Assembly (NCBI GenBank): GCA_965204765.1
Contig: CBDBFG010000004.1
Span: forward strand, 451,402-515,401
Source: Alphaproteobacteria bacterium
GTDB lineage: Bacteria > Pseudomonadota > Alphaproteobacteria > Caedimonadales > UBA9215
Direction: 5' to 3'
DNA length: 64,000 bases
Positions 51,770-62,743 of this stretch are shown in pieces. Position numbers and translations under genes: made by a program. Under the pieces are notes generated by a model. That model was not told the origin of the DNA. It did no database searches and worked only from the letters and a program-made list of their open reading frames with translations. Positions within the stretch are counted from its first letter, which is position 1; every line of letters starts with the position of its first letter.

Positions 51770-52446
51770 TGGGACAAAAGGTTAACCCAATAGGTTTACG
51801 TTTAGGGATAGTGCGTGATTGGGACTCTAGATGGTATGCTGGCAAGAATTATGCTAAGTTGTTGATTCAGGATACTATGATTCGTAAGTTTATTATGCAA
51901 AAATTTCGCAAGTCTGGTGTTGCCAAAGTTGTCGTAGAGCGTCCAGCGAAAAAGGCAGTTGTGAATATATACACTTCCAAGCCTGGCGTGATTATTGGTA
52001 AAAAAGGTGCTGATATAGAGAAGTTGAAAAACAAATTATCTCTATTGACAGAATCTGATGTAAGTTTGAATATTGTAGAAGTTCGCAAAGCTGATATTGA
52101 TGCAACCTTGGTCTCTCAGTCCATTGCACAACAGATAGAAGGTCGTGTTAATTACCGTAGAGCTATGAAAAAGGCAATGACTAATTCTTTGCGTTCAGGT
52201 GCTGAAGGTATAAGGATTTTAGTGGCAGGTCGTCTAGCAGGTGCTGAAATTGCTCGTAGTGAGGAATATAGAGAAGGAAGAGTGCCATTGCATACTTTGC
52301 GTGCTGATATAGACTATGCTACTGCAGAGGCAAATACTACTTATGGTATCATTGGTGTAAAAGTTTGGATATTTCGTGGTGAGGTTGTTAGCGATAGTGC
52401 GAGTGAGCAATTATCTCATCAAACAAAGACAGTTATGTCTTCATAA
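51769..52446 (+). CDS. rpsC: 30S ribosomal protein S3
   Basis: [20 protein letters not shown] and the KH-domain motif [14 protein letters not shown]. Confidence 0.97.
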   Translation: MGQKVNPIGLRLGIVRDWDSRWYAGKNYAKLLIQDTMIRKFIMQKFRKSGVAKVVVERPAKKAVVNIYTSKPGVIIGKKGADIEKLKNKLSLLTESDVSLNIVEVRKADIDATLVSQSIAQQIEGRVNYRRAMKKAMTNSLRSGAEGIRILVAGRLAGAEIARSEEYREGRVPLHTLRADIDYATAEANTTYGIIGVKVWIFRGEVVSDSASEQLSHQTKTVMSS

Positions 52447-52461
52447 ATTTATGGTGTGAAT

Positions 52462-52881
52462 ATGTTATTACCTAAGAAAACTAAATTTAGAAAGCAGCAT
52501 AAAGGGCGTATTCATGGTATTGCTAAGGGTGGCAGTAGTTTGAATTTTGGTAATTTTGGTTTGAAAGCTTTAGAGCCAGAAAGAATTACTTCTCGTCAAA
52601 TTGAAGCTGCTAGAAGAGCAATTACTCGTCACTTACGTAGATCTGGGAGAGTATGGATTAGAATGTTTCCTGATGTGCCAGTTTCTAGTAAGCCTGCAGA
52701 GGTTAGGATGGGTAAAGGAAAAGGTAGTCCTGAATTTTGGGCATTCAGGGTGAAGCCTGGTCGTGTTATGTTTGAGCTTGATGGTGTATCTGAGGAGCTT
52801 GCTAGAGGAGCGTTTGAGCGTGCTTCTGCTAAATTACCCATTAGGACTAAGTTTGTAGTTCGTGTTGCAGCAAGAGGTTAA
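52462..52881 (+). CDS. rplP: 50S ribosomal protein L16
   Basis: [16 protein letters not shown] and [11 protein letters not shown] motifs. Confidence 0.97.
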   Translation: MLLPKKTKFRKQHKGRIHGIAKGGSSLNFGNFGLKALEPERITSRQIEAARRAITRHLRRSGRVWIRMFPDVPVSSKPAEVRMGKGKGSPEFWAFRVKPGRVMFELDGVSEELARGAFERASAKLPIRTKFVVRVAARG

Positions 52882-52882
52882 G

Positions 52883-53074
52883 ATGAAAATAGTGGATTTG
52901 CGTGCTAAGAGTGTTGCAGAATTAAAGGATTTATTATTGCAATCTAAGAAAGAAAGTTTTAACTTACGTTTTCAGAAAGTTAATGGTAACTTGTCAGCGC
53001 TGGATCAGTTGCATAAGTTGCGTAAAAGAGTAGCAAGAATAAAGACTATAATGGTTGAAAAGCAAAAAAATTAG
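52883..53074 (+). CDS. rpmC: 50S ribosomal protein L29
   Basis: MKIVDLRAKSVAELKDLLLQSKKESFNLRFQ. ATG at 52883; the ORF-track start at 52862 is rejected. Confidence 0.93.
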   Translation: MKIVDLRAKSVAELKDLLLQSKKESFNLRFQKVNGNLSALDQLHKLRKRVARIKTIMVEKQKN

Positions 53075-53080
53075 GAGTTT

Positions 53081-53314
53081 ATGATGCCACGTAGGGTGTT
53101 GCAAGGTAAGGTTGTAAGTGATAAATCTGATAAAACTTTGATTGTTAGTGTGGATAGAAAATTCATTCATTCTAAATACAAAAAGTTTATCACTAGATCA
53201 AAACGCTATGCGGCTCATGATGAAGAGAATAAGTATTGTGTCGGAGATGAGGTGCGTATACGTGAGTGTAGGCCAATATCGAAGCGTAAGTGTTGGGAAG
53301 TAATTGCTGAATAG
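53081..53314 (+). CDS. rpsQ: 30S ribosomal protein S17
   Basis: [16 protein letters not shown]...H..Y.K......KY.AHDE.N....GD.V.I.E.RP.SK.K.W. Confidence 0.95.
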   Translation: MMPRRVLQGKVVSDKSDKTLIVSVDRKFIHSKYKKFITRSKRYAAHDEENKYCVGDEVRIRECRPISKRKCWEVIAE

Positions 53315-53327
53315 TTAGAGGAATAAA

Positions 53328-53696
53328 ATGATTCGTGAGCAATCAAGGCTGTTTGTTGCTGATAACTCTGGTGCTAAAGAGGTAGAGTGCATTAGAGTAT
53401 TGGGGGGGTCTCGTAAAAAGTATGCTTCTGTTGGAGATATTGTTGTCGTAACAGTGAAAGCGGCCACGCCTGATAGGCGTGTAAAAAAAGGTGATGTGTG
53501 TAAGGCTGTTGTTGTGCGTTCCAGCAAAGGAGTGCAACGTGATGATGGTAGTGAGATAAGATTTGATAATAATGCAGCTGTCCTTGTCAATAATAATAAA
53601 GAGCCTGTCGGTACTCGTATTTTTGGTCCAGTTGTAAGAGAATTACGAGCAAAAGGCTTTATGAAGATTGTTTCTTTAGCTCCTGAGGTGTTGTGA
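53328..53696 (+). CDS. rplN: 50S ribosomal protein L14
   Basis: [25 protein letters not shown]. Confidence 0.97.
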   Translation: MIREQSRLFVADNSGAKEVECIRVLGGSRKKYASVGDIVVVTVKAATPDRRVKKGDVCKAVVVRSSKGVQRDDGSEIRFDNNAAVLVNNNKEPVGTRIFGPVVRELRAKGFMKIVSLAPEVL

Positions 53697-54016
53697 TGAG
53701 GAAAAAATTTAGCGTAAAAAAAGGTGATTTGGTTCATGTCATTACTGGCCGTGCTAAAGGTAAGAGCGGTGAGGTTATGAATGTTGATAGATTGAACGGT
53801 AGAGTGAAAGTCAAAGGTGTTAATTTGCTTACCACTCATAAACGTCCTAGTGCTCAAGATAAAGGTGGTATTGTAAAGAGAGAAGGTTATATACATATCT
53901 CGAACGTGATGCTTAATGATCCAAAGGACAATAAACCTACCAGAGTAGGTGTAATGGTTGATGATAAAGGGGTGAAGGCAAGGGTTTCAAAGCGCTCCAA
54001 CGAGATAATTAGTTAA
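53693..54016 (+). CDS. rplX: 50S ribosomal protein L24
   Basis: KOW motif [21 protein letters not shown]. Confidence 0.95.
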   Translation: MMRKKFSVKKGDLVHVITGRAKGKSGEVMNVDRLNGRVKVKGVNLLTTHKRPSAQDKGGIVKREGYIHISNVMLNDPKDNKPTRVGVMVDDKGVKARVSKRSNEIIS

Positions 54017-54037
54017 TTTAGAATAAGAGTTTTAGTT

Positions 54038-54577
54038 ATGGCACGTCTACGTGAACAATATGAAAAGGTTATAAAGGCTGAGTTGCAGAAGAAGTTTGGT
54101 TATGCTAGCGCTATGATGATTCCTAAGCTTGAAAAAATAGTTTTGAATATGGGTGTTAGTGATGCAGTAAAAGATCGTAAAGCCATAGATAATGCAATCG
54201 AAGAATTGTCTATGATTGCTGGTCAGAAAGCCGTGATTTGCCGTGCTAAAAAATCTATCGCTAGTTTTAAGTTGCGTGAAGGGATGCCTATTGGGGCCAA
54301 AGTTACTTTGCGTAAGGCTAGGATGTACGAATTCTTGGATCGTCTAGTGAATATAGCAATGCCACGTATAAGAGATTTTCGTGGGATTTCTAGTAAAAGT
54401 TTTGATAGTTCTGGTAATTATGCCATGGGTATTAAAGAGCATATAGTTTTTCCAGAGATTGATTACGATAAAGTTAGCCAGATAAGAGGATTGGATGTTG
54501 TCTTTGTTGTAAGATCTGCTAGTAAAGAAGAAAGTAAAGAGTTGTTGTCGAAGTTTAATATGCCTTTTACAAAATAA
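54038..54577 (+). CDS. rplE: 50S ribosomal protein L5
   Basis: RL...Y...I...L...F.Y...[13 protein letters not shown] and RDFRG.S..SFD..GNY..G..E...FPEI.YD. Confidence 0.97.
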   Translation: MARLREQYEKVIKAELQKKFGYASAMMIPKLEKIVLNMGVSDAVKDRKAIDNAIEELSMIAGQKAVICRAKKSIASFKLREGMPIGAKVTLRKARMYEFLDRLVNIAMPRIRDFRGISSKSFDSSGNYAMGIKEHIVFPEIDYDKVSQIRGLDVVFVVRSASKEESKELLSKFNMPFTK

Positions 54578-54588
54578 TTGGAGTTATT

Positions 54589-54894
54589 ATGGCAAAAGTT
54601 AGTGCAGTTGAGAAAAATAAAACTAGAAGATTAAAAGTAGAAAAGTATGCGGTTAAGCGTTCTTCGTTAAAAGGGTTAGTAATGGATCGTAGTAAATCAC
54701 CCGAAGATCGTTTTGAGGCTACGTTAAAATTGGCAAAATTACCTAGAAATGGTGCTAAGAGCCGTATTAGGAATAGGTGTGCTATTAGTGGTCGTCCTAG
54801 AGGATATTACCGTAAGTTTGATATGTCGCGTATTGCGGTGCGTGATTTGGTGTCGTGTGGTATGGTGCCAGGTGTAACTAAATCTAGTTGGTAG
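54589..54894 (+). CDS. rpsN: 30S ribosomal protein S14 (long form)
   Basis: LPRN....R.RNRC...[15 protein letters not shown]...G..PGV.K.SW. Confidence 0.96.
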   Translation: MAKVSAVEKNKTRRLKVEKYAVKRSSLKGLVMDRSKSPEDRFEATLKLAKLPRNGAKSRIRNRCAISGRPRGYYRKFDMSRIAVRDLVSCGMVPGVTKSSW

Positions 54895-54905
54895 GAGATT
54901 ATTAT

Positions 54906-55301
54906 ATGAGCATGAGTGACCCGATTTCTGATTTATTAACGCGTATTAGAAATGCTGTTTCTGCCGGGCATGAAGGATTGGTTGCGCCATATTCTAAATT
55001 AAAGGATAGTATTTTGTCAGTTCTGAAGTCAGAAGGTTATATAGCCGATTTTAAAACTGAGAAAGACAGTAAAAAAGTAGTGTCTGCTATACGATTAAAA
55101 TATGTTGATGGTAGTTCAGCTTTTACTCATATAGAAAGAGTATCTAAGCCTGGATGTAGAGTGTATAGTTCATGTAGCGATTTACCTAAATTTCACGGCG
55201 GTCTCGGTATTTATGTGATGTCAACTTCTAAAGGAGTAATGTCTGATCATGAAGCACGTAGGCAAAATTTAGGTGGTGAAGTTTTGTGTAAGGTCTTTTA
55301 G
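54906..55301 (+). CDS. rpsH: 30S ribosomal protein S8
   Basis: MSMSDPISDLLTRIRNA. ATG at 54906; the ORF-track start at 54888 is rejected. Confidence 0.96.
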   Translation: MSMSDPISDLLTRIRNAVSAGHEGLVAPYSKLKDSILSVLKSEGYIADFKTEKDSKKVVSAIRLKYVDGSSAFTHIERVSKPGCRVYSSCSDLPKFHGGLGIYVMSTSKGVMSDHEARRQNLGGEVLCKVF

Positions 55302-55309
55302 GGGAATAA

Positions 55310-55843
55310 ATGTCTAGAGTTGGAAAAAATAGTATTACTGTTCCTGACGGTGTTAAGTGCAGTATTGCGGATAACAGTTTTGTTGTTAGTGGTGCTAATG
55401 GTAATATTTCTGTACCATTATCCAGTGAAGTAAAGGTTGAGATTAGTGATAATAAGGTTTCGGTTAATCCATTAAGTGAGGCAAAGTTTGCTCGCATGAT
55501 GTGGGGTACTACGCAAAGATTAGTTGAAAATGCTATATTGGGAGTATCACAAGGGTTTTCAAAGCGTCTTGAAATGAAAGGTGTAGGATACCGTGCGCAG
55601 ATGAAAGGTAGTAATTTATCTTTGCAACTTGGGTTTAGTCATGATGTAGAAATTCCTGTGCCATCTTATATAAAAGTGGTATGTGAGAAACCTACAATTT
55701 TGCAGATTAGTTCTCCTGATAAGCAAAAGTTAGGAGAGTTTGTTGCTAATATACGAAAATATCGTTTGCCAGAACCTTATAAAGGTAAGGGTATAATGTA
55801 TGAGGGTGAATTTATTTTACGCAAAGAAGGTAAGAGAAAGTAA
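55310..55843 (+). CDS. rplF: 50S ribosomal protein L6
   Basis: MSRVGK..I..P.GV and L...GVGYRA...G..L.L.LGFSH and R....PEPYKGKGI.Y. Confidence 0.96.
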   Translation: MSRVGKNSITVPDGVKCSIADNSFVVSGANGNISVPLSSEVKVEISDNKVSVNPLSEAKFARMMWGTTQRLVENAILGVSQGFSKRLEMKGVGYRAQMKGSNLSLQLGFSHDVEIPVPSYIKVVCEKPTILQISSPDKQKLGEFVANIRKYRLPEPYKGKGIMYEGEFILRKEGKRK

Positions 55844-55850
55844 TTAGATC

Positions 55851-56210
55851 ATGTTATCAATTCGTGGTAAGTTTGTGCGCAGGAAAAGACGTAATACTAA
55901 GAGGATTTTATTAAGAAAAAATAATCTACCTCGTCTATCTGTGTTTAGATCAAATAATCATATGTATGCTCAGCTTATAGATGATGTGAAGCGTTGTACT
56001 ATAGTTTCTGCGTCTAGTATGGATAAAGGGATTGCAAGCAAAGTTTCTCTTAAGAGTACAGAGATTGCGGCATTGGTAGGTAAAGCGCTTGCTGAACGTG
56101 CAGTTTCTAAAGGGATTGAACAAGCTGTGTTTGATAGAGGTGGTTATTTATTTCATGGCAGAGTAAAATCTTTAGCAGATGCTGCTCGTAATAATGGTTT
56201 AAGGTTTTAA
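55851..56210 (+). CDS. rplR: 50S ribosomal protein L18
   Basis: [16 protein letters not shown] and FDRGGY.FHGR.K.LAD.AR..GL.F. Confidence 0.96.
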   Translation: MLSIRGKFVRRKRRNTKRILLRKNNLPRLSVFRSNNHMYAQLIDDVKRCTIVSASSMDKGIASKVSLKSTEIAALVGKALAERAVSKGIEQAVFDRGGYLFHGRVKSLADAARNNGLRF

Positions 56211-56219
56211 AGGTACATT

Positions 56220-56771
56220 ATGACACGTCAAAATAGTAAAAGTAAGCAGGGTGTTGAATTAATAGAAAAATTGGTGAATGTTGGTCGTGTTGCCAAGGTG
56301 GTGAAAGGTGGTCGACGTTTTTCTTTTAATGCATTGGTCGTAGTAGGGGATGGTAAGGGTAAAATTGGTTATTCGACTGGTAAGGCGAAAGAAGTTCCTG
56401 ATGCGGTGAAGAAAGCGACAGAAAAAGCAAAGAAAAATATGGTGCGTATTCCATTGCGTGAGAATCGCACGTTGCATCATGATATAGGGGCAACAGCAGG
56501 TGCAGCTAGGGTTTATATGCGTCCTGCTCCTTCTGGTACGGGGATTATAGCTGGTGGTTCTATGCGTGCTGTGTTTGAGGCTCTTGGTTTGCAGGACGTT
56601 GTTAGTAAATCTATTGGTACTAATAATCGTAGTAACTTAGTGCGAGCAACTTTAAATGCATTATTAGCCATTAAGTCTCCTCGTCAAGTAGCTGCTAATC
56701 GTTCTAAGAAAGTTTCAGAAGTTATTAGTCGTCGTGAAACTTCAGAGTTAAAAGGAGAAGGCGATGAGTAA
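56220..56771 (+). CDS. rpsE: 30S ribosomal protein S5
   Basis: [35 protein letters not shown]. Confidence 0.96.
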   Translation: MTRQNSKSKQGVELIEKLVNVGRVAKVVKGGRRFSFNALVVVGDGKGKIGYSTGKAKEVPDAVKKATEKAKKNMVRIPLRENRTLHHDIGATAGAARVYMRPAPSGTGIIAGGSMRAVFEALGLQDVVSKSIGTNNRSNLVRATLNALLAIKSPRQVAANRSKKVSEVISRRETSELKGEGDE

Positions 56772-56955
56772 TGCAAAAGTGAATTTTATCAAGGTCAAGC
56801 AAATTCGTAGTGCAATTCGTAGGCCAAAGGATCAAGCAGAAACTTTAAAAGGTTTGGGTTTGAATAAAATAGGTCGTGTTCGTGAGTTACAAGATACTAG
56901 TGCTATCAGAGGTATGGTTAATAAAGTGCATCATTTAGTATCTATCGTTAAGTAG
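56764..56955 (+). CDS. rpmD: 50S ribosomal protein L30
   Basis: I.V.QIRS.I.R......TL.GLGL.KIG; 63 aa. Confidence 0.93.
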   Translation: MSNAKVNFIKVKQIRSAIRRPKDQAETLKGLGLNKIGRVRELQDTSAIRGMVNKVHHLVSIVK

Positions 56956-56965
56956 GCTGGTTAAT

Positions 56966-57427
56966 ATGAAGTTACATGAAATTAAAGATAAAGTTGGTGC
57001 TAAAAGTAATTCAAAACGTTTAGGGCGTGGTGAAGGATCTGGTAAAGGAAAAACTTGTGGTAAAGGTCACAAAGGTCAGAAGGCTAGGTCTGGTGTAGCC
57101 ATTAAAGGATTTGAAGGTGGTCAGAATCCTATTTACATGCGTTTGCCTAAAAGAGGGTTTAATAACAGCAAGTTTAAAATTGTTTATTCGCTTGTCGGTT
57201 TTGATGATTTGCAGAATGCAATTGATAATAAGTTAATAGATTCTACAAAACCGATCACAATTAAAGAATTGAGAGATGGTGGGTTAATTGCTAAGAAAGC
57301 TACCAAGGTAAAACTATTATCTAATGGTTCTCTCAAAACTGCGGTTGACTTGGTTGTGGATAAGGCTTCGGAATCAGCATTATCAATGATGAAGAAGTTA
57401 AAAGGAACGGTTACATTATCTAAATAG
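56966..57427 (+). CDS. rplO: 50S ribosomal protein L15
   Basis: GRG.GSGKGKT.G.GHKGQKARSG....GFEGGQ.P...RLPKRGF. Confidence 0.96.
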   Translation: MKLHEIKDKVGAKSNSKRLGRGEGSGKGKTCGKGHKGQKARSGVAIKGFEGGQNPIYMRLPKRGFNNSKFKIVYSLVGFDDLQNAIDNKLIDSTKPITIKELRDGGLIAKKATKVKLLSNGSLKTAVDLVVDKASESALSMMKKLKGTVTLSK

Positions 57428-57436
57428 GTGTTGAAT

Positions 57437-58780
57437 ATGTCATCTGCTGCAGAGCAGCTTGCTGCGAATTTTAATTGGTCTACTTTTTCAAAGGCTGAAG
57501 ATTTAAAAAAAAGATTATGGTTTACAGTCTTTGCTTTACTAGTGTTTAGACTTGGGGCACATTTGCCTTTGCCTGGAATTGATGCGGAAATGATGCGCGA
57601 GGTCGTGCAAAGAACCTCTTCTGGTATTCTTGGTTTATTGGATAAATTCTCTGGTGGTGCGTTAGGGAATATGGCTATATTTGCATTAGGGGTCATGCCT
57701 TATATCTCGGCTAGCATCATAGTGCAATTAATGACCGCAGTAGTGCCACATCTAGAATCATTGCGTAAAGATGGTGAGTCTGGTCGAAAAAAAATTAATC
57801 AATATACTCGTTATCTTACAGTATGTCTGGCCTTAGTACAGTCGTATGGTATCTCTGTTGGTTTAGAGGTCATGCCGTCTAGTCCCGTGATCGAAGGTGG
57901 CTTAATGTTTCGATTATCTGCAGTGTTAAGTTTGACAGGTGGTACGTTATTCTTAATGTGGCTAGGTGAACAGATTACCGTTCGTGGTATTGGTAATGGG
58001 ATTTCAATAATTATCTTCTCTGGTATCGTATCTGGGATGCCTGGTGCATTGGTGCAGTTGTTTGAATTGGGTCGTACGAATCAAATGTCTTCTCTAACAA
58101 TTTTTGCGGTTTTATTGATGTTAGCTGCAACATTGATTACGATTGTTTACATGGAAAGGGCCCAAAGAAGGATATATATACAATACCCTAGGCGTACAGC
58201 TGGTAAAATGCAATATGGTGGTGATAACACTCATATGCCATTAAAGTTAAATACAGCTGGTGTTATGCCTTCTATATTTGCCAGCGCTTTGTTGATGGTT
58301 CCACAAACGATATCTGGTTTTACGGCTAATATGGATTCTGAGAGTATATTTGCTAATCTTATGCTATATTTTGGTTGCGGACGTCCTGGATATTTGATAG
58401 TTTTTGTGGCTCTTATAGTATTCTTTTCATTTTTTTATACTTCGGTAGTATTTAATCCAGTAGAAAAGGCTGAGGATCTGAAAAAATCTGGCGCTATTTT
58501 ACCGGGATATAGACCAGGTCAGCATACAGCTGAATATTTAGACTTTGTTCTGACAAGGTTAACTGTGGTAGGGGCAGCATACCTTGCTGCTGTTTGTGCG
58601 TTACCTATATTATTGATTAATAAGTATTCTATCCCACTTTATTTAGGCGGTACTAGTCTTTTAATCGTAGTAAGTGTGGCTATTGATACAGTTACTCAAG
58701 TTCAGTCTCATTTGTTGGCTCATCAGTATCAAGGTTTGGTAGGGCGTACGCGTCCTAAAAGAGGAAAAAGAAGGCTATAA
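57437..58780 (+). CDS. secY: Preprotein translocase subunit SecY
   Basis: 10-TM protein with L..R..FT...L.V.R.G..LP.PGID, ALGVMPYISASII.QL and GNG.S.IIF.GI. ATG at 57437. Confidence 0.96.
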   Translation: MSSAAEQLAANFNWSTFSKAEDLKKRLWFTVFALLVFRLGAHLPLPGIDAEMMREVVQRTSSGILGLLDKFSGGALGNMAIFALGVMPYISASIIVQLMTAVVPHLESLRKDGESGRKKINQYTRYLTVCLALVQSYGISVGLEVMPSSPVIEGGLMFRLSAVLSLTGGTLFLMWLGEQITVRGIGNGISIIIFSGIVSGMPGALVQLFELGRTNQMSSLTIFAVLLMLAATLITIVYMERAQRRIYIQYPRRTAGKMQYGGDNTHMPLKLNTAGVMPSIFASALLMVPQTISGFTANMDSESIFANLMLYFGCGRPGYLIVFVALIVFFSFFYTSVVFNPVEKAEDLKKSGAILPGYRPGQHTAEYLDFVLTRLTVVGAAYLAAVCALPILLINKYSIPLYLGGTSLLIVVSVAIDTVTQVQSHLLAHQYQGLVGRTRPKRGKRRL

Positions 58781-59436
58781 TGCAAAATATAGTTTTACTG
58801 GGTCCTCCTGGTAGCGGTAAAGGTACACAGGCTAAGTTGTTATCTAAATGCCTAGGGTACCATCACATTAGTACTGGTGATTTGCTGCGTAAAGCCATAG
58901 AGCAGAAGGGCGATATTGGTAGTAATGTAGAGGCGCTGTTAAGTAGTGGGCGATTGGTACCAGATGATATGGTGATGGAAATTGTTACACAAGAATATGA
59001 TCATTATCTAAGTATAAAGAGTGGTTTTATTTTTGATGGTTTTCCAAGAACCTTAGGGCAATCGCGAGCACTTAGTGATATGTTATCTGCAAGAGAAGGG
59101 CAGATAGATTGTTTGATCAAGCTGGATGCTTCTGATGACATTATTAAACAAAGAATATTAGGTAGATATAGTTGTGTATCGTGTGGCACAATTTCCAACA
59201 AATATTTTTGTGGAACGACTTTTGATGGTAAGTGTAGTAATTGTGGTAGTTCTGAACTATCGTTTCGCAGTGATGATAATGAGGATACCATTATCAAAAG
59301 ATTGGCGAATTATAGACTCGACACCTTGCCAGTTTTGGATTATTTGTATGGTGACTGTGCTAACAGTTTTGTAATTAATGCTGAGTCAGATACTCAGTCT
59401 ATACTTGATGAGATAATAGAAAAAATAGGTGTATAA
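58780..59436 (+). CDS. adk: Adenylate kinase with a Cys4 lid
   Basis: P-loop LLGPPGSGKGTQA, GFIFDGFPRT, lid C-VS-C...C-SN-C. Confidence 0.94.
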   Translation: MQNIVLLGPPGSGKGTQAKLLSKCLGYHHISTGDLLRKAIEQKGDIGSNVEALLSSGRLVPDDMVMEIVTQEYDHYLSIKSGFIFDGFPRTLGQSRALSDMLSAREGQIDCLIKLDASDDIIKQRILGRYSCVSCGTISNKYFCGTTFDGKCSNCGSSELSFRSDDNEDTIIKRLANYRLDTLPVLDYLYGDCANSFVINAESDTQSILDEIIEKIGV

Positions 59437-59481
59437 CATAAATGTCGTAATTAAACATTGACTTTTATGTGTTTTTTTTTT
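59436..59481 (+). terminator. Terminator candidate after adk
   Basis: AT-rich stem ACATAAA/TTTATGT (59436..59442 and 59464..59470) followed by a T10 run (59472..59481). The stem is weak; the T-run is striking. Confidence 0.35.
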
Positions 59482-59520
59482 ATTTGTGTCTCAAATGTAT
59501 TTTAAAAGGAGAATAAGATT

Positions 59521-59889
59521 GTGGCTCGTATAGCAGGTGTGAATATTCCTAGCGGTAAACGTGTTGAGATTGCATTGCAATACATATATGGAATAGGTAC
59601 TGAGAACGCTAAGCAAATTTGTAGCGGTGTTGGTATAGAAACAAGTCGTAGGGTGAATAATCTTTCTGATGATGAGGTCGTGAAAATACGAGAGTTTATC
59701 GATTCTCATTACAGAGTTGAGGGTGACTTGCGACGTGCTGTTTCCATGAATATTAAACGTTTAACAGATCTTGGGTGTTATAAGGGTTTGCGTCATCGTC
59801 GTAAGTTGCCAGTACGGGGTCAAAGAACTCACACTAATGCAAGGACCCGTAAGGGCAAGGCTGTTCCTATAGCAGGTAAAAAGAAATAG
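59521..59889 (+). CDS. rpsM: 30S ribosomal protein S13
   Basis: [21 protein letters not shown] and [25 protein letters not shown] start. Confidence 0.96.
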   Translation: MARIAGVNIPSGKRVEIALQYIYGIGTENAKQICSGVGIETSRRVNNLSDDEVVKIREFIDSHYRVEGDLRRAVSMNIKRLTDLGCYKGLRHRRKLPVRGQRTHTNARTRKGKAVPIAGKKK

Positions 59890-59906
59890 TGATTGATAGG
59901 TAAAAA

Positions 59907-60296
59907 ATGACTAAGTCGGTAGCAAGAGTTCGTCGTAGAGAGCGAAAAAATATAGTAAGTGGTGTAGCGCATATTAATGCTAGTTTTAACAATACGATTA
60001 TTACTATTTCTGATATGCAAGGTAACACTATTTCATGGTCAACATCGGGTGCAATGGGTTTTAGAGGTGCTCGTAAGTCTACTCCATATGCTGCACAGGT
60101 TGCGGCAGAAGATGCTGCTAAGAAAGCGATGGAGCATGGACTGCAAACTGTAAGTGTTGAGGTTACGGGGCCAGGATCAGGTAGAGAGTCTGCGTTAAGA
60201 GGTTTACATAGTATTGGCTTGAATGTCACTTCTATACGTGATTGTACTCCTGTTCCTCATAATGGTTGTCGTCCTCCTAAGCGTCGTCGTGTATAA
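59907..60296 (+). CDS. rpsK: 30S ribosomal protein S11
   Basis: [20 protein letters not shown].....GF.G.RKSTP.AAQ and [15 protein letters not shown]. Confidence 0.97.
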   Translation: MTKSVARVRRRERKNIVSGVAHINASFNNTIITISDMQGNTISWSTSGAMGFRGARKSTPYAAQVAAEDAAKKAMEHGLQTVSVEVTGPGSGRESALRGLHSIGLNVTSIRDCTPVPHNGCRPPKRRRV

Positions 60297-60320
60297 TAAT
60301 TTAAGGTATGGAGAAATATT

Positions 60321-61337
60321 GTGATTAGTAAAAACTGGCAATCTCTTATTAAGCCTTATAAGTTGAATGTGAAGTCTAAAGATAAACAAAATCGCGGCAT
60401 GGTTGTAGCAGAACCATTAGAGCGTGGTTTTGGTATGACTTTGGGTACAGCTTTGCGTAGGGTTTTGTTATCGTCACTACAGGGTGCTGCGGTGACAGGG
60501 GTTAAAATAAAAGGTGTACAACACGAGTTTTCTGCAATTCCCGGAGTGTTAGAGGATGTTGCTGAAATTATATTGAATTTGAAAAGCCTTGCGATTCGCA
60601 AGAATTTGGATTCTCCTAGCAGAATTAGATTAGTTAAAAATACGCCCGGAGTTGTGAAAGCCTCTGATTTCGGAGATAGCGCAGATGTAGAATTTTTGGA
60701 TCCTGATTTTGTGTTATGTCATTTAGACAAAGGTGCTTCTCTTGATATGGAGATTACAGTAGAAGTTGGTAAAGGGTACGTTCCTGCTGCGCAATTGCGC
60801 AAAGAAGATGCTCCGGTCGGGTATATTGCTGTTGATGGAATATTTAGTCCTGTTAGACGTGTGTCTGTAAAGGTTGAGAATGCTAGGGTAGGACAAAGAA
60901 CAGACTATGATAAGTTGATACTAGATGTAGAAACTAATGGTTCAGTTCGTCCTGATGACGCAGTTGCTTTGGCAGCACGAGTATTACAAGATCAACTTAC
61001 ACAGTTTGTGAATTTTGAAGATCCTGAAGATGAACATGTCGAAGAGGAAATAGAGCAATTTAGTTTTAATAAGAACTTATTGCGTAAAGTTGAAGAGTTA
61101 GAGCTTTCTGTACGTTCGGCTAATTGTCTTAAGAATGAGAACATTGTCTATATTGGTGATTTGGTACAAAAGACTGAATCTGAGTTGTTACGTACTCCTA
61201 ACTTTGGTCGTAAATCTTTGAATGAGATAAAAGAAGTTTTGTTGGAGATGGGGGTAGAGCTTGGGATGTTGGTACCTGATTGGCCGCCTGAAAATATCGA
61301 TGATTTATCTAAGAAATTAGAAGATAATAATTATTAA
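60321..61337 (+). CDS. rpoA: DNA-directed RNA polymerase subunit alpha
   Basis: [24 protein letters not shown] and C-terminal-domain motif [23 protein letters not shown]...E.ELL...NFG.KSL.EIKE.L. GTG start. Confidence 0.96.
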   Translation: MISKNWQSLIKPYKLNVKSKDKQNRGMVVAEPLERGFGMTLGTALRRVLLSSLQGAAVTGVKIKGVQHEFSAIPGVLEDVAEIILNLKSLAIRKNLDSPSRIRLVKNTPGVVKASDFGDSADVEFLDPDFVLCHLDKGASLDMEITVEVGKGYVPAAQLRKEDAPVGYIAVDGIFSPVRRVSVKVENARVGQRTDYDKLILDVETNGSVRPDDAVALAARVLQDQLTQFVNFEDPEDEHVEEEIEQFSFNKNLLRKVEELELSVRSANCLKNENIVYIGDLVQKTESELLRTPNFGRKSLNEIKEVLLEMGVELGMLVPDWPPENIDDLSKKLEDNNY

Positions 61338-61352
61338 GTTAAGGAGAATGTA

Positions 61353-61796
61353 ATGCGACATTCTATTAAAGGTCGTAAGTTTAATAGGCCTAGTGCGCAC
61401 CGTAAGTTGATGTTTGCTAATTTAGCAAAATCACTTATTCGTTATGAACAGATTAAAACTACTTTGCCTAAAGCAAAAGATTTACGTCCGTTTGTTGAGA
61501 AGCTAATCACTATCGGTAAGAAAGATTCTTTACATGCAAGAAGGATGCTGATTGCAAAGTTGGGGGATAACTCGATAGCTGCAAAATTAATAGATGTTGT
61601 AGGTAAAAGATATAATTCTCGTAATGGTGGTTACACAAGAATCATTAAAGCGGGCACTCGTTATGGTGACATGGCCCCTATGGCGTATATAGAACTTGTT
61701 GATAGAGATATGAATGCTAAGCCTGTGCAAGATAAAACTGTAGAAACGGTTGATGATGTTGTTGAACCAGTACAGGATGTAGTACACGCTAAGTAG
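61353..61796 (+). CDS. rplQ: 50S ribosomal protein L17
   Basis: MRH...GRK..R...HR..MF.NLA.SLI..E.I.TT..KAK.LRP..EKLIT and GGYTRI.K....GD.APMA.IELV. Confidence 0.96.
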   Translation: MRHSIKGRKFNRPSAHRKLMFANLAKSLIRYEQIKTTLPKAKDLRPFVEKLITIGKKDSLHARRMLIAKLGDNSIAAKLIDVVGKRYNSRNGGYTRIIKAGTRYGDMAPMAYIELVDRDMNAKPVQDKTVETVDDVVEPVQDVVHAK

Positions 61797-62071
61797 TTTT
61801 TTATTTTTGTGAATTAGCCATGCTTTTTTACGGTTATTTTCTGTGCATGGCCGAATTTTTCTTTGTATGACTTGTCTGCGGTCGTGTTTTTGTTCGTGTG
61901 GATTAGTAAACAATTTGTATGATAACCACTTTTCTTTTTTTTATGGTTTTATACGCTACGAACCCAATGAAACTATTATCATTTGTTCAAGATTGACTTT
62001 GTCACTAATCTTTACTATCCTGAACCGAGTTTTATTTTCAAAGTAGATCGATTAAGATAAGGGGGAGAGCT

Positions 62072-62668
62072 ATGAATTTAGCAAAGATAGTTTTATTTGG
62101 TTTAATTGCTGCGGTTATTAACTGCTCGTATGCTGCTATTTTGGGCGAACCTAAGCGCTATAAAGCCATTAGATGTCCATTGTGGATTCCAACTGCTACC
62201 AAAGAAGAAACAAGCAATCCTAGTTTACGGGATAGAGAAAGACGTAATTCTTTCATATCTTCGGACAAGATAAGATTACTTGTTAACCCAAGGGCCAAAA
62301 GTACCTTCTTAAATAAAGTTGCAAGATGTGAAAGAACCTATTACTACCATAAGCCCGGTGATGGTCTTGCTACTGTGACGGAAAAGATATCGCCATGGAG
62401 AGTAATGAAAAAAAGCAAGTGGTTCAGATTTCACTCTAAAAAATATAGAAGCCTAAAAAAGAAATTGGTAAAAGTAGAATATAAAGTTATACCAGAAAGT
62501 CCTAATAATCACGTTTTTACTTTTATTCATTTTGAAAATCCACGAAATGATGTTAATTGGAAAACATATAGTCCTGGCTTGGATCGCGCTCATTGTAAGA
62601 TAGTATCCAAGTACTTATTTAATAAAAAATTGGAAAAGATGTTATCTCCTAAGCTATTTGTAGATTAA
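62072..62668 (+). CDS. Hypothetical secreted basic protein
   Basis: 198-aa ORF preceded by GGGGGAG. N-terminal signal peptide (LFGLIAAVINCSYA). Lys/Arg-rich. No recognisable family. Confidence 0.45.
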   Translation: MNLAKIVLFGLIAAVINCSYAAILGEPKRYKAIRCPLWIPTATKEETSNPSLRDRERRNSFISSDKIRLLVNPRAKSTFLNKVARCERTYYYHKPGDGLATVTEKISPWRVMKKSKWFRFHSKKYRSLKKKLVKVEYKVIPESPNNHVFTFIHFENPRNDVNWKTYSPGLDRAHCKIVSKYLFNKKLEKMLSPKLFVD

Positions 62669-62693
62669 TTGTATCGCATCATCATGATTTAAC

Positions 62694-62743
62694 CACCTCA
62701 GGTATAGAAACAGTGTTTTATATGTGTCTGATGAGGTGTTTTT
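62694..62743 (+). terminator. Terminator candidate after ORF 62072..62668
   Basis: CACCTCA (62694..62700) pairs with TGAGGTG (62732..62738), followed by TTTTT. The loop is long (31 nt), which lowers confidence. Confidence 0.35.

Noticed and set aside
53315-53896. Antisense ORFs of 120-193 aa within the ribosomal operons (53315..53896, 57184..57696, 59867..60229, and many smaller ones in rpoB, rpoC and fusA)
   Set aside because: The same compositional artefact as above. They have no RBS or motif support, and each is fully contained in a well-supported gene on the opposite strand.
58780-59436. Adenylate kinase with a Cys4 (zinc-type) lid in a Gram-negative organism
   Set aside because: Cys4 lids, although typical of Gram-positives, are documented in some alphaproteobacterial and other Gram-negative Adk proteins. 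Not unusual enough to flag.
57437-61796. Absence of infA, rpmJ and rpsD between secY and rpoA, and presence of adk
   Set aside because: secY-adk-rpsM-rpsK-rpoA-rplQ is the usual alphaproteobacterial arrangement. It is not a deletion or anomaly.
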